The notes: generated from the sequence alone by a model not told the origin. A stretch of DNA of 64,000 bases from Blasia pusilla (GCA_050084515.1 CM114271.1:1364001-1428000), one strand, 5' to 3'; shown: positions 50,166 to 63,887, counted from the first letter of the stretch. Translations and numbers: made by a program.

Positions 50166-51200
50166 TGTCACATCTTATTTTGACGTAGGTAGAGTTCTAT
50201 CGCGTCGTCGGCATGGAGAGTCAGCGGGATTTTTGGGGGTAACTTCGTCCCGAGATGTCGGATGAGGTTGGCGAGAGGTCTGTTGTGTTGGAAACGTTGT
50301 TTATGACAATTTACTTATTTTGGTTTTAGTCTGTCAAGTGACCCATTGACCAAGTCAACGGTCACTCGGTAATCTGTGGACGCAGTTTACCGTTGGGAGG
50401 GCTATTTTTGGGGGAAGAGCTTTCTGGCTCTTCCCAAGGGTATTAGAGTGAGAGAGATGGCTTTCTCAAGCCATCTTTGTGAGCCTTAGGAGCGCCTCTC
50501 TTGCATAGACGTGTGTGGATGTGTAGGAGTTAGGGTGCTAGCATCCAAATTCCCTCATAGTAGAGGGTGGATGTGGTTCGATATGCCGATGTAGATTCAT
50601 GAGTGGAGTTTCAGGCCGAGTGAGCCGTTTTTACTACTCTTGATTTTATATGAGAAAGATGTCAAGGGGTAGGTGGGAATTCGTTGTTTGCAGGTAGGCA
50701 AGCGACTTGCCTCGTTGGGGAGCCCCTGGAGACGTGTGTGTGGTGTTTTGTGTGTTGTTTTCTGTTCAAAAGGCCGTGCGCGGAAGCGCTGTCCGTTTTT
50801 CTCAGATTTTGTTGGTGGAGGTTGATGGGGCATATCAGCTGAGTGTAGCGACGGGTGTTCGTGAGTGAGTCGTGAAAGAGTGAAGGTTGGGAAAGAGAGA
50901 GAAGGGCACGTTGGGTCCACACAGCCGCCGGGGGGCTATCTAGTAAAAGTGGCTAGGTTGGAGGGGCAGCCGTTTAGGTCACTTTGGGTAGCCAAGTCGG
51001 GACAAGTAAAGTTGGCCAATCGCGTGGCCACCAAGTGTTCGACGGAGGAGGGCGGATGGACTAGCCACATAGGGTGCCATGCCGAGAATGGGGGATCAGG
51101 GAGTCTAGAGCGGACCGAGGCAGGTAGGACTCAGGGAGTTAAGGCAACATAGGAGGTGGCTGTGGTTGTGGGCCCATAGGGTCGAGAGGGCTCTCGATAT
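50166..51200 (+). mobile_element. 5'-end fragment of the asymmetric Gypsy family (terminus, core repeat, leader)
   Basis: Starts TGTCACATC. Core repeat at 50415-50650 is homologous to 40795-41012, then diverges into a GC-rich leader. Right boundary uncertain. Confidence 0.6.
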
Positions 51201-52556
51201 TCCGAGAGATCAGAGCCTTTATGGCTCTAGTCTCCGGAACTCCAGGAGCTCCGGGACCCGTCCTAACCCCCCTACCCACCTGCAACCCCACCACCCACCC
51301 GCGAGTTCTAACACGAGCGGTCTGCCGGAGGAAACCCTCCGGCCGACGACTAAATGTCCGCCCTGTGGGTCGGATATCCGATACCCAGGTCGGACCCATC
51401 CCACCATCTCATCCCAATCTAAATCGTCCCATCCCATCCCATCCATCCCATCCATGATGACATTATCTGGAGGTTGCATGAACGCCTATGAAAACAACGG
51501 AGAACAGTTGAATTGATCCACCAAATGTAGGGAAATAAAACCCCTGGGATGGCCGGCCTCCTTGAATCGATCCGTGTAGAAGCCAATCATATTTCTCCCA
51601 ACTTAATTAGTCGATCCACCGCATTTAGAATCGACCAATGGTAGGAGGTCTAGAATCAACAGATGATGATTCTTAACCCAAGAGATCCAACGATGGAAAT
51701 GACCCACACTCTTTGAATGACCCCCTGTTAGGGCTCCCGCCCCTCCATTTTCCCTGGACAAGAAGTGAGGCGCATGAAGCCTTGTTTGAATGCCTTCCAT
51801 GTCGAATACCTTCCGTTGGGCATTGCACTCTACTCACACTTCCAGATTGGAGACGAAGACAAGGGGATAGAATTGTTTCTAGGTTTGGTTGCATTGCGGC
51901 GTTACTTTTTCATTTCTCGTCGAAGGGCTCTCCGTCAACAAGCGGATCTGAAAAAGCGGGTTGATTGTTGCTTGCTGTCCCCAATGCTAATCGTCATGGG
52001 GAATCTGCAAATGGAATGTTCGTGAGGAGCCCCGAGTAAGCCCAAGTCGACCAGGAGAAACAGCTGAAGGAAAGAAGAAGGAAAGGAGCCGGAAAGGAGC
52101 CAAGCGGATTTGTCGGAACTGGCTGTTTTTTTATTCGCGTCGACGTTGCGAGGTATCCACGAATTTTCCTCCCTCTCCTCTCTCCGTAGTAAGTTAATCC
52201 TTTTTTGTATTTACTGCCCCTCGAGGGCACTTTTACCGTGGGCGTTCCATGTTAAGAATGTGAAAGAATTGACGCTCATGTGGATTGTATTCTGTCAAAT
52301 CCACATGAATGCAATCTGGCGGATCATCATCATAGTAGCCACAAAAATACCGAAACTGTAGAGACTCGGCTGACCCGATCTTAGCCGCTACCTTATGCGG
52401 AAGTGAATCGCGTCTCCATTGGTGAGATTTTGGGTTTGCTGTGTTGAGAACACACTTGCCGTAATCATCCCTTGATTGCACATTAACACCTTGATTGCAC
52501 GTTAATGCACTACGAGTGCTCTTTGGTCATGGCCTTTCACTTTTATAATACGAGTG

Positions 52557-52697
<141 letters not shown>

Positions 52698-53983
52698 GGA
52701 TAGGGAGCAAATAATTGCACTTACGATGTAATAGCCACAATGTAACCAACACCCAACACAATTGTCCAGTGCCAAGATCTTCAGTCTTGTGTCCAATCCA
52801 ATGCGACATCTGGCGGTAAGTACAACACATGAGACGTGGACAGAGTAATGGAAGCAAATGTTCGAGTGAGTGTAAAGCAATCTTATATCCATATGGTGTA
52901 GTCTTCCCCACCTTCAAGCGATGGGGGAATAGAAATAGATCCAGGAGTCTCCTCGGATCAAGTCCCCTAGAAGTTCTGAAATAACGTACACCAAAGCTTG
53001 GCCGCTTTTCTCATAAGTTCGGATGAAATTCCAATCAATCCACGAACCTCATCTATCATCTCTGAACACCCAGGCATCACAAAAACTAAGCATGTATGTC
53101 GACTAAGCCGTTGCTCGTAAGGACCTGAAAGAGCGAACTCACACGGAGCCGAGCCGTCTGTCAATTCGTGTGCGACTTTGTCGGAGAAAATCTGCCCGGT
53201 GCTTGATATGGTCGTCCGGTCCTCTCTTCTCATCTCATCTCAATAAAAGTGGCTGCATGCTCTTAATCTCTCGCTCCCCATCCGCTCGAGACCGCCGAGT
53301 GGTCGAGATATTTGTCTCGTCTTCTTGTCCATGCGGTTCGTTAGTATTTTTCGCATCGCGGGTGGTGGCGATGGCTTTGGTAACTTGCCAAGTCGAATCG
53401 ATTGCCCATCGCCCTCACGGATTGTAGCAATGGGTCGCCGGGCCGTTATCCGCCGTCGTGTCGTTGTTTCGGTGGTCGTGGTATTTTTACTTGTAAAGAT
53501 CATCCATCCTCAAAAGTATGCGTCGTACATTTTTTCGGACCACTTCCGCTTTCTTAGCTTTATCCTTTGACTGGATGTTGCCAGGAGCTTTTGGTGTGAG
53601 ATTAAGTCTTTCCGATTCAACCGGGAGCATTGAATTGGCCGCTGAATTGCTCGTGGTCCGCATTGGTCTTGTCTCAGAGCGAGAACATTGAAGCAAATGT
53701 CGGATAACTTCCAAATTCGGAAGATCGCAGATATCAACCATTTCTCGAGAAGTGGTTGGGGTACGTGTGATTGAACAACAACCAAATGCACTCCGTTTGC
53801 AGTAACTAATCGTGACCCTTAGGAGCACTCAGCAGAGTTTGGGCACGCCCCGGCCCAAACTCTTCATGTCATAGCTCATAGGGACTCGGATAGGACTTCA
53901 AATTAATTGGTATTTGAAGCCCTCAAAGAAATAGGAGTGGTCAAGACTAGTCTTTATCGCTTTCATTTCACATTCTCGAGCAA

Positions 53984-55106
53984 TGCCGTGCACGTCGTGT
54001 GGAAGAGCGTATAAATATCCTCCGTCGGGACGGTTGGTTCGCTCTTGCTCTTGCTCTTGCGGCTCTCATGGGCGGTGGATGCGAACGTCCTCAAGCCCAC
54101 CGCCATTGACAATGGCTCGGCACCGAGCACAACGAGGGGCATGCGGCGACTTCTTTCGGGAGCTCTGGGGCTACCGGAAGGCGTGAGGTTGATCTCATTC
54201 ACAGAGACCACAAGGATTCTCCTCTTCGTAGCGGCTCGGAGGATTTGACATTCGAGGAGCAACTTGCACTAGCCGCCCCTGACGGCAACAACCGGGCAAA
54301 GCTTCTCGACAAAACTGGGCAATGTCGGGAGGCATTTACGACTGATTTTGAGTCATCTGTCATTTGTTGGCAACGGGAGTACATCACGGACTGAGCTCGG
54401 CACCCAAAGCAAAGAAATACTCGGTCATCGTGGACACGGGAGTGATCTCACTTGGATCCAGTGTAGTCCTTGTTCGACTTGCTTCCGGCAACCGAGTCCT
54501 CTTTTCGACCCGTCAAATTCGAGCTCAGATAGAGCTTTAGAGTGCTCGGACACTCGATCTCTCGGAATTCGGAGCTCTTGAGTCCGGAGACCGAGCCATA
54601 AAGACTCGATCTCTCGTCGTGGAGACATGCTCTCCAAGGTGGCAAGACTTCTCTGAAAGCACGGTGATCATCGACCACCGTGGGGGTCTTCTAGGGAAAT
54701 GGTGACATTGTCCAAAGACCAACAGATCAAACAAAGCAAGTCGGTGACATGGCCTTCGGCTATGGGCACGACAACGGGCTCATTCTCGGTGTCGATGGGC
54801 TGATTGGGCTCGGCCAGGGTCCTATTTCTTTCACTTCTCACTCGGCTCACTCTTCAAAGAACAAATTCTCCTCACGCCTTGTGAGCATGGCGTCTTCCTC
54901 ATCGGAGGAGGAGTGCCGTCCCTTCTCGAACAAAGGCAAGTACACTCCCATAGTGAAAAACAACTTTCATTCGACCTACTACTACGTGGGGCTGATTGGT
55001 ATCGGTGTTGGGGCACCTTCTTGAGTATTCCAGTTAGCTCGTTTGCAATCAATTCATCGGGTAGTGGTGGTACCATCCTCGACTCAAGACACGGACGATC
55101 ACGTAG
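53984..55106 (+). pseudogene. Nepenthesin-like (A1 pepsin family) aspartic protease pseudogene, 3'-truncated
   Basis: Signal-peptide-like start; (D)TGSDLTWIQCSPCSTCFRQPSPLFDPSNSSS; AFGYGHDN..GVDGLIGLGQGPISF; YTPIVKN..TYYYVGLIGIGVG; GSGGTILDS. Multiple frameshifts; ends at a CT tract. Confidence 0.88.
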
Positions 55107-57372
55107 CTCTCTCTCTCTCAGGTAATGCGATAGGGAGCAAATAATTGCACTTACGTTGTAATAGCCACTAACTCTAAAGATACATCTCAAGGAACCCGAC
55201 ACTTTGGCAGCGGAAGAATAAACCGAGCCGTAAGCTTTTCTAAAGCTCGTCTTTACCACGAGCCTATGGAGATCCGGATGTGTGCGAGATCCTTTGGGGA
55301 GAAAGAAGGAACAAATTTTAAAGGAAGGGGAGCGTGGCACTAGTGCCCGGTGATTGAATTGGACTATTGCCTCGGGGATCAAGATGACCATTGGACTTGC
55401 CCAATGAAAACTGAATTATTGCCTCGGAGATGAAGAAAAGTGAGGTTTAACATCGCCCCAATTTTATTTGAAGCTCAAGAATGATGCAGGGATTCCCATA
55501 GATGAGCAAAGAGGGATTTCTTGGTGTACCATGGTGGACCCCGGTTACCATTCGATTCGTCGTCTAAGACCAGGCTCGAGATATGACAGAGGTCAACGTA
55601 TGATTTCGATGCTAGAGTCTTACCTACGTACTCGACCTTAGGAAATCTGCACTTGATCCTGGGCCACATGCCTCTTGGAACAAGTACAAGACCCGATGGG
55701 GCTTCAATTTTCTCCGACATTACTGCGCAGAATTCATCCAACGTTAGATTGCATTCTCGCAGCGTCATCCTGGTCACGCTCGTTCAGATCTCATGATCAT
55801 AAAGGAGCAGCCGCTGGTCGATTCGAAGAACCTAAAGAAATTGTCATTGATCGAAGGGTCAGCCTAGCTATGGAGGTCCGATCGGGTCGTGCCTAGTTCA
55901 TGACTAGCACGTTCTAGAGTCGAAGTTTTCCTCAGGATCACAAGATCTGGCAGAAACATGAAGCTGCCTTGTGTTGTGGAGTCTCTATTCGCCAATGGTG
56001 GTGTACACCCTATTCGCTGAAATCCTGAGTTTTTTGAGTATTCGCATGACACCAAAGCCTGGCCGCCTTTTCTCATTTGTTCTGGATGAAATACAACACA
56101 ACTACCAACCAAGGGCAGCTCTAGTTCGCACCCTCAACTTGCTTGACTACTCAACTAATCACATGTCGCACGAAATCTACACGCCAAGAGATGAGGTTAG
56201 ATACATACAAGAGAGGTCGTAAAGGCGCTCATGGCCACAAGCACTATCACAGCTTGGTTGATTGAAAGGGAGAACCTCCCACTTTTGAACAGTATAAATC
56301 CTGTTACATTCGACGAGTCATTCAAGTTGCCTGTGATAAGCACTTGGGTGGCCTCTCCAAAATATAAGTAAGCAAATCCACCCATGGTCGCATATCTGCA
56401 TCCAGTTCAAGATGAGAATCAGAGAGGATGCCTTTTCTTTCGAGAAGCACTCGCCCTGAACTGATTTGACTTCTTGCTTGAGAAATATCCCTAAATAGAG
56501 CTGAATTTCTATGATATCTACAAGCACGCCCCAAACTTATTTTCACTCTTAGCCGATTCAGGAAGGAAAATAGTGCTTCCATTACTTACATGAGAAAAAT
56601 CCCCAAAAAGGCTAGATTTATGTAGCGGTTGAAGGGATGCGGATTCTTCATGATTTTGCGCAGAGAAGGCACACCTGCATGTCCTGTGTACCCCCACAAA
56701 CCAGAGGCAACTATCCCCAATCAATGATTTTATGTACGCTGCTGGCAGGATCTATGATATCCTTGCACTATGGGTCCACGGCGTATGCTACCACCACAAT
56801 TGCTCCAGGAAAATCACATTTTGGAATTCCATGTTTTAAAAGTTTGGATCAGATTTGTCTCTAGCTCCTACGACTGTCAAACAGAAGGTCAAGAAAATAT
56901 AATCCTTGTAATGCTTGTGTTTGTGCCTATACTCCTTGAGTGGTTCTTCAAATACAGTAAGAGGTGTCTAGAATTTTAGCCCACCAATGCATCTCTTGAT
57001 GCTATGAACATACGGGTGTCTTGGAAAAAAAATTTCGTGGATGCGTTGGCAAAGAGCAATGAGCAACAGACATCAATATTTGTCTCTTGTTTCCTCTAAC
57101 ATGGGATTCTTAGTAGTCAATATCATTATAAAGTCAGAGAAAAAAAGAAGGCACTCTGTAAAATATGGAAGGCATTTCAGTAAATTAGGGAAGGCATTCT
57201 CTGAAGACAATTCTCCTTTAGTAATGTTTAGGAGCTTGTATTGTATCCTATCTTGAATGAGCATGTTCCTTGCTCACAAGCAATGGGTTAAATATGGTGT
57301 AATCCCCTTGGGTCATTGTGAGGTGATGATTTGTGATTCCTCATTGAATGTGTTTCAGGTTTTTTCTTTCCC

Positions 57373-59214
57373 ATGGCTACTTCCATATCAAATTCTATCT
57401 GGGTAGTGTGTGGTGTTGCATTGGGGGAAAATACCTACTGGCGATATTTGCATGATGGAACTAAGTGGATGTGCTTGGTTTGTAGTCGCATTTACTCAGC
57501 AAAGAACAAAACCAAGTGCAATCGGCACTTGACTAAGAAGCACCCAAACTTGGACCCATGCTACTTAGTACCTTTAGAGAATGCAGGCCGGCGTCCAAAA
57601 GACCCTGTCAAGGGCCGTAAAAGGAGCATTAGTGACTCACAGAGAGAAAAAGAATTGATGAAGAAATCAGGGGATGCTAGTGAGCATTTAGAGAAAATGA
57701 GGAGGGAAAAATTATACAGATTTAGACTGCAGTGGTCTGAGATATGGTTGACCATGGAACGGGATCCTATCATCCCACACTTGTTCAAGAAGCCGGCCTT
57801 GTTGGTTCTAATGGAGTGTGATCTCCCAAAGTGTCTTTGTATCCAAGATTGGGATGAAATATTGGATAGAGATAAATATGCGTTCTGTATTGTGAAAGTT
57901 CGAGAGTGTGGGGAGAGCAATGTCATGATGGATGTCATGGTGTTGGGATGCTTGGGTGCCATTCAGAGAGCTAGTGAGCCTGATTCTACTGACCTCATTG
58001 GAAGGGGAAAAACTTACTTCATACATTTGGAGTTGGTGAAGAAACTTTGGGGAGTAATAGAGCATAAAGAGGGAGTATCATTGGGTTTGCTTCCACCTGA
58101 TTTCAATGAAGAGAGATCAAAGCAAGTGAAGGAAACACTTGCTTGGATTGCTCGGAAAAAACAAAACTTGATGGGTTGGCTTGAGAAGGATCAAGCCAAA
58201 TATGCAGATTTTGTGGCTAGGCAGCAGTTCAATGAATGGTTGGAGAAGAGGAATGTGGAGAAGATGAAAGAAGTTTGTGAAAAACAAGCTTCTGCATATG
58301 TCCCAAGGGAGAAGAGGGGTGTAGAGTTGGAATGGTCAAGGAAGACTATTCAAGAATCTGCAAAGTGGGGGGGTAGCTCTAGGAAGTCATCTCCCACTTT
58401 ACAAGGAGATGAAAATGATGATATTAGTGATTTTCAAGTTTTGCGCCCAAGGAGAAGATCGAAGATGGCTTCTAGGTCTACTGCCGAGCAGACTACAACA
58501 AAGAGTGGGGATGAGAATGTCGCTTCACCATCTGTGCAAGAGCCTAGGAAAAAAGGCATGCGTACTCGATCCATGGGAGGTGCCTCTTCTTCCAAGGAAG
58601 CACTTCCACATGTTGTTCACCAAGATGTTGGTGAGTCTCTTGCCTCGCCCAGAGAGAGCTTGGTTTCAGTTGGAGCGGATGAGGGTGGTTTTGGAGTAGC
58701 TTCATGTGTTGCAGGAATAGAGGAAGGCATTCTTGCAAACCAGAGTCATGAACTTGGTATTGGCTCTCCATCTATTGAGACTATTCCATGTGGGAAAACC
58801 TTTCAATGTAGCTCACTTGTGGGTGACCAAGATGTTGGTGGGTCTCTTGCATCGTCAAGAGAGAAGTTGGTTTCGGCGGGAGTGGATGAGGCTGGTTTTG
58901 GAGTAGCTTCATGTGTTGCAGGAATAGAGGAAGGTAATCCTATGGTGGTGGTTGGTGGTGATCTGATCGGGTCATCACGGAGTGAGAGTCTTCCATTTGA
59001 TTTCACCTCCGAGAGGCTATTGGAACAGGGGTCAAGCCTTCATGGGGAGGATGAGCATGCGGAGATTTTTGATGAGTTGGGAGATAGTGTAGTTGACCCT
59101 ATGGATATTGTGGAGACATTGCTGAGCCGTGTGGATAGCATAAACCATAGTATAATGCATAGCCCCAGAAGATACATTTGTTACCCCGGTTGGTGGTGCT
59201 TTGGATGGTCATAA
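57373..59214 (+). CDS. Large ORF/exon of unknown function with N-terminal C2H2/BED-like zinc finger; probably transposon accessory gene
   Basis: 613 open codons, preceded by acceptor-like tttcag. WMCLVC...CNRHLTKKH motif; charged helical middle; low-complexity tail with a 36-aa repeat. Continues with a frameshift/stop to ~59812. Confidence 0.55.
   Translation: MATSISNSIWVVCGVALGENTYWRYLHDGTKWMCLVCSRIYSAKNKTKCNRHLTKKHPNLDPCYLVPLENAGRRPKDPVKGRKRSISDSQREKELMKKSGDASEHLEKMRREKLYRFRLQWSEIWLTMERDPIIPHLFKKPALLVLMECDLPKCLCIQDWDEILDRDKYAFCIVKVRECGESNVMMDVMVLGCLGAIQRASEPDSTDLIGRGKTYFIHLELVKKLWGVIEHKEGVSLGLLPPDFNEERSKQVKETLAWIARKKQNLMGWLEKDQAKYADFVARQQFNEWLEKRNVEKMKEVCEKQASAYVPREKRGVELEWSRKTIQESAKWGGSSRKSSPTLQGDENDDISDFQVLRPRRRSKMASRSTAEQTTTKSGDENVASPSVQEPRKKGMRTRSMGGASSSKEALPHVVHQDVGESLASPRESLVSVGADEGGFGVASCVAGIEEGILANQSHELGIGSPSIETIPCGKTFQCSSLVGDQDVGGSLASSREKLVSAGVDEAGFGVASCVAGIEEGNPMVVVGGDLIGSSRSESLPFDFTSERLLEQGSSLHGEDEHAEIFDELGDSVVDPMDIVETLLSRVDSINHSIMHSPRRYICYPGWWCFGWS
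58621..58934 (+). repeat. In-frame ~107-bp internal repeat (58621-58727, 58828-58934)
   Basis: QDVGESLASPRESLVSVGADEGGFGVASCVAGIEEG vs QDVGGSLASSREKLVSAGVDEAGFGVASCVAGIEEG. Confidence 0.9.
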
Positions 59215-61429
59215 GACATCCAAAGAGGGTCACACTCATGATGATGGTGCTTCTCCTGCTGAATGTTCAGCTCTTGTGGGACCTTCTTCCCATGATCTTT
59301 GTGCTATAAGGAAGAATTTGTTGAAGGTTTCATCTTCATATGTACCCAAAAAGAGGAAGGGAAAGAAGAGTGTGGTAGTGCAGATTGAAGATGAGTCACA
59401 TGAACATTGGGGGAGGTTTCATTTAGATGAAGATATGGATCAGATTTCAGAGAGCCAAATTCTCACAGATCTCAATGAGGTAAATGATGAGTGGGCTACT
59501 CTACCCAAGAGCCAAATTGTTGATCTGCTTGATTGTGGGGAGGTACAAACAGATTTGCCAAATGCCTCCCAACTTAATGTTACTTAGATCATGGCAGAAA
59601 CAGACACAGATCTTCTTGTAGATGATAGCCACTTGAGGCCCAAGAGAGTTCTACGCCATACGGGATTATCCCCCACAGTGGAGGAGTGTAGAGAACTAGG
59701 GAAGTCCAAGGGTGAGATTATTCAAGATATGTTGATTACACCACCAACTCGACAGCAAAAAAGAAGAATGTATGGCAAATCAAAACTTGGGCTGAAGCGG
59801 CCTTTGAAATAGGTAACCTTTCAAATTTTAGTATTGAGAGCATTGCTTTTTTGTAGTTGTTCTCTTATGGCATGTAGGGAAGATCACGTCCACAAAGGAT
59901 AAGTGCTCATGATGTGGTTTGTTCATTTGTTCATTTCAGGTGCGAGTTGATTCTGGATTCAAATGGCAGAATTCTCGGCTTTTTCCATGGCTACAAACTT
60001 TATAGTGTATTTGTGGCATACGTTTGAATTAATAGATAAAGGAAAAGAGTGTTTAATGCTCTTTCTCATTACAAACCTATTTTAGTAAATGTCATTTTCA
60101 AAGGACAAATGCCACATTCTTTGATTCAGATTGTAGGAAGATTGGGATAGGAAAGGAATGGAACTATAGTCGATATCTCCAACGCCTTCTTGGGAGGATA
60201 GGTGGCATTGTATTTGTCTACTATTGCAGATTTTTGTACTGTGTTTCTTTACCTTTTGTATTTTCACCCTTTCTTTGTGACAGTAGGAGAGTAAACAAGA
60301 GTGTTACCTTATGAACATCATAGTATCAAGAATGATGGTCATTTGCCTCCTTACTTGTTACAAATATGGTTTTTTTATTCTGGATGAAAGAAATGTGAGC
60401 ATTGGAATCCTGTTGATTATTAGAAGCATTACTTATGAGAGCGCGTGCATTGTCTATTGAAGGCATTCTACCATTCCCATTCATTGGGCGTGCATCTATC
60501 TTTTCATGTTTACATGTTGTATGGTTGGTTACTCATCAAACAGGGTGAATTGGAAGGTGTCTTGGTTTGATTTTTTCTATTTCTCTTGCTCCTTTTGGAC
60601 ATGCATTCTTCTCTTCTTCATTTGTAAGACAATTAATTATTTAGATTCATTGAATGGTTGATCTTGTTGTGGTCTAGCTTGCTTGCTGATTGATATCCAA
60701 GGCAAGTTTACAAGTGGATGCATTTGACTCAGCATGATGATGTACTTGTCATGTTTTGGTGAATACATAGTTAAAGCTTTAGACTACATGGTCCTTTTTA
60801 GGATGAACAAGTTATGAGATTGGAAACACTCGGATTTTTTCACACAGAACTCAAATTGTTAGACACGTAACTTTCACACCCTTTTCTTTGTGAAGAAAAT
60901 ATTTGTTTGTGAGTGACTTTAGTTTATGAGAGTGTGCGGACTGTCTTCACAAGCATTTCCGTGTATCCTATTTTACAGGCACATCCATTTTTTTGAGTGC
61001 TTTTGTGTTGTATGGTTTGTTATATATGGTATCATGGTGAATTGGGAGATGTGTCTTGATTTAGATTTCTTTATTTCCCAAAACTGTTGGACATGCTTTC
61101 TTCTCTACTTCTTTTGTGCCGAATAATTTTTGGATTCATTTAATGGTTGATCTTGATGAGTGCTACGGCTTGCTGATAAAGAACTTATAAGATTGGAAAT
61201 AGCCATTGTGTTGGTGATAGAACGTTTACACTCCTTTTGTGTGAAAGTTCACAAGAGTTTCCATCATGTTCTTCCCTAATGATAGCATGGTGCTTCAAGA
61301 AGGCATTCCGGCTATCTTTGTATCACTTTCAGTTTCTTAAGTCTACCAGGGACTCGAGTTTTACTTCTCAAAAATATCTTCACCATCTTTCTTTGTACTT
61401 CTCACTAATCAGAACTCTAGAGATGATGA

Positions 61430-63887
61430 ATGTGTGCGGGAAGTATGGACCTCAATAATCCTATCGACTTGACATCGACTCTTCCCCATCACATGAAGCC
61501 ATGGACAAAGGATTCAACAAAGTGCTTTGACAAAAAGGATTTTGGCCATGAAGAGACAGAGGTTCAAACAAGCACGCCGATGGGGAACATATCAAAAAGA
61601 CCTCTAGTGGAATGTCTATAATGCAAAGATATATCCCTTGGTATAGGCTTGAGGATTTCATTATAGGTGAGGGTATCGGAGACAATATAAATCCCACTAC
61701 CTTTTGGAAAGGTACATCAAAATGCATAGGAGAAAGGTTACGAGAAGAAGAAGGAGAGGAAGCATCTTACACTATTTATTTTTGTGCTTACGGGCCTCAA
61801 GACAATCGACGCTTGCATCAACCATTGTGAACAAAGTAGTAGGCGAAGTTTCATTATTTTTACATATAATTACATAGTCCTTATTTTAATCGTTTATTAT
61901 ATTTTTGTTGAATAAGTGTCACACGTTCAATTTAGAGCATATGATTGTAGTCCCATGTAGTTGAGTGGTCAATTTATTCCTGATAGAATGCATTCGTGCG
62001 TATATTGAACAAGTCAAACCTTCCCAAGACAGGCCCGGGAAGTCGTCCTCGTGCACAAAAAATAATCCGAGGAGAGAGTTGGAAGCGAGGATGCCAATGT
62101 CATTTTTCAGTATCCAAACTGAAGTCTCCAATGCATGCGGCCAGAATAGTTTACAAACACAGATTGCACATAGACAAGGATGGAAAACCATGCCATGGAT
62201 CTAATGATCCAACAAGTTTGGGAACTCCAACAATGTATTCTCCTAGGATCTCAAATGAGCTGAGATGCTACATAAAAGAGAGACTTCGTCTTGGGGTAAA
62301 GCCCCACCAGATTATGTCGCAGCATGGCCTCATGCTAAAATATCGATCTGAAACATCTCTTGACTTTCAAAAAAGCATGATAAGGGATGATTTCATGCAA
62401 ATGCATGATATTGCAAATGCAAAAAAGGAGTTGAATATGGAGACGTTCCAGTTTTGCATAGATGAGAATCAATCATTATGTGCATTTGTAAATCTCTATC
62501 CAGAGAAGGTCTTTATTTATGAGCCTTATTTAGATGATGCCAGACCTTTCATATTGGGATTCCATAGCACTTGGCAGATGCAAGCGATGGTGAAATATGG
62601 ACACAACAGATGTATTTGAGATGCCATTGCTACTTGTAAGAAACCTCATCTGTTGTATACTCTTGTGCAGTTTCCTTTGTACACTATTTTGGTGTTCGAC
62701 GAGCACCATACTGGAATACCTGTAGCTTGGATTTTGACTAGTAGCTCAAAGGAGGTGCATTTGGTGAAATGGTTGCGGGCAGTGGCGGAAAAGTGTAGAC
62801 TACAACAAAAATCTTGGGAGCCAAATGCAATCATAGTGGATGATGCCAACGCCGAGCAAAATGCATTAAGGTATTCTTGGGATCCTAAAGTTGCAGTATC
62901 TTGCTGAAAGGGTACATCATACTTTTTTTAAAATGAAAAAACCTGTGTCAAATTTCCATCCAATTCAGATATTGATTACATTAGGAAAGGCATTCCGAGA
63001 CTGTTATCTCAATGAAAGTTAAGCACATGGTTATATTCACTTGCAAGGTAACTTTTGCAAAGTCAAATATCATACTTTGTCTTTGGTATGTACGCCATGA
63101 CTGGCTAAAGCAGCTAAAGCGGAAGGTCAGATGCGCGATAATGAGAGCTCACATGTCACGACGCCTAGGGGAGATTATGTATGTAAATCGATGTGGCACG
63201 TACACTAGAGGTGTGATCTTGGACAATGCGAGAATGATGTTGCATCAATTCTATGTAGACTTCAGGGATGAAGTGAAGTTCATCAACTATATACAGACTT
63301 ATTGGGAGCCAAAACTAGGTGGCTACAAACACTTTACCTTTTTTCCCCTTCCATAATTGTTCCCTTTTTTATCACACTTTCATTAACTTTGTGCCACTCA
63401 TTGCAAGGGCCAGCATGTACAAGATAAGGATGTGATTTGTTTTTGTGTGCAGACAAGTGGGTTAAAGCGGCGAGGGACTACCCTCATGCAAACCAGGACA
63501 AAAATGCTGCAATTGAAGCATATCATGGAAGCATGAAGGCAGTTCTAGCAGATGACAACAAAAGTATGTCTCAAAGAAGAGGAGACTACTTGGTTTGGAA
63601 GCTCAGTAGTTTTGTAGAGGCATGGTACTTCCATATACACTTGCTGAAAAAAAATGGGTTTGTTCGAAATGCAGTAGAGGAGCAATATGTGAATAATGCG
63701 ATTCAAGGGAAGAGAAATCCCCAGATGATGTGCAACTTACTGTAATCTAGGGGCAAGTTAGGATGGCACGGGTGAGGAGCCAAACCATACCCAATAAGTG
63801 GTATGAAGTCTACAACTATGACACTGAATGGGGCCATTGTGAGTGTCCTTGGTCACTAAAAGGAAACATATGCAAACATATGGTAAG
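61430..63887 (+). mobile_element. Mutator-like (MULE) DDE transposase with SWIM zinc finger, multi-exon, disrupted
   Basis: RGCQCHFSV..H..PCHG; PFILGFHSTWQMQAMVKYGHN; FPLYTILVFD..GIPVAWI; IVDDANAE; LCLWYVRHDW; HANQDKNAAIEAYH; SWIM CECPWSLKGNICKH. Stop at 62617-62619 and frameshifts. Confidence 0.85.
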
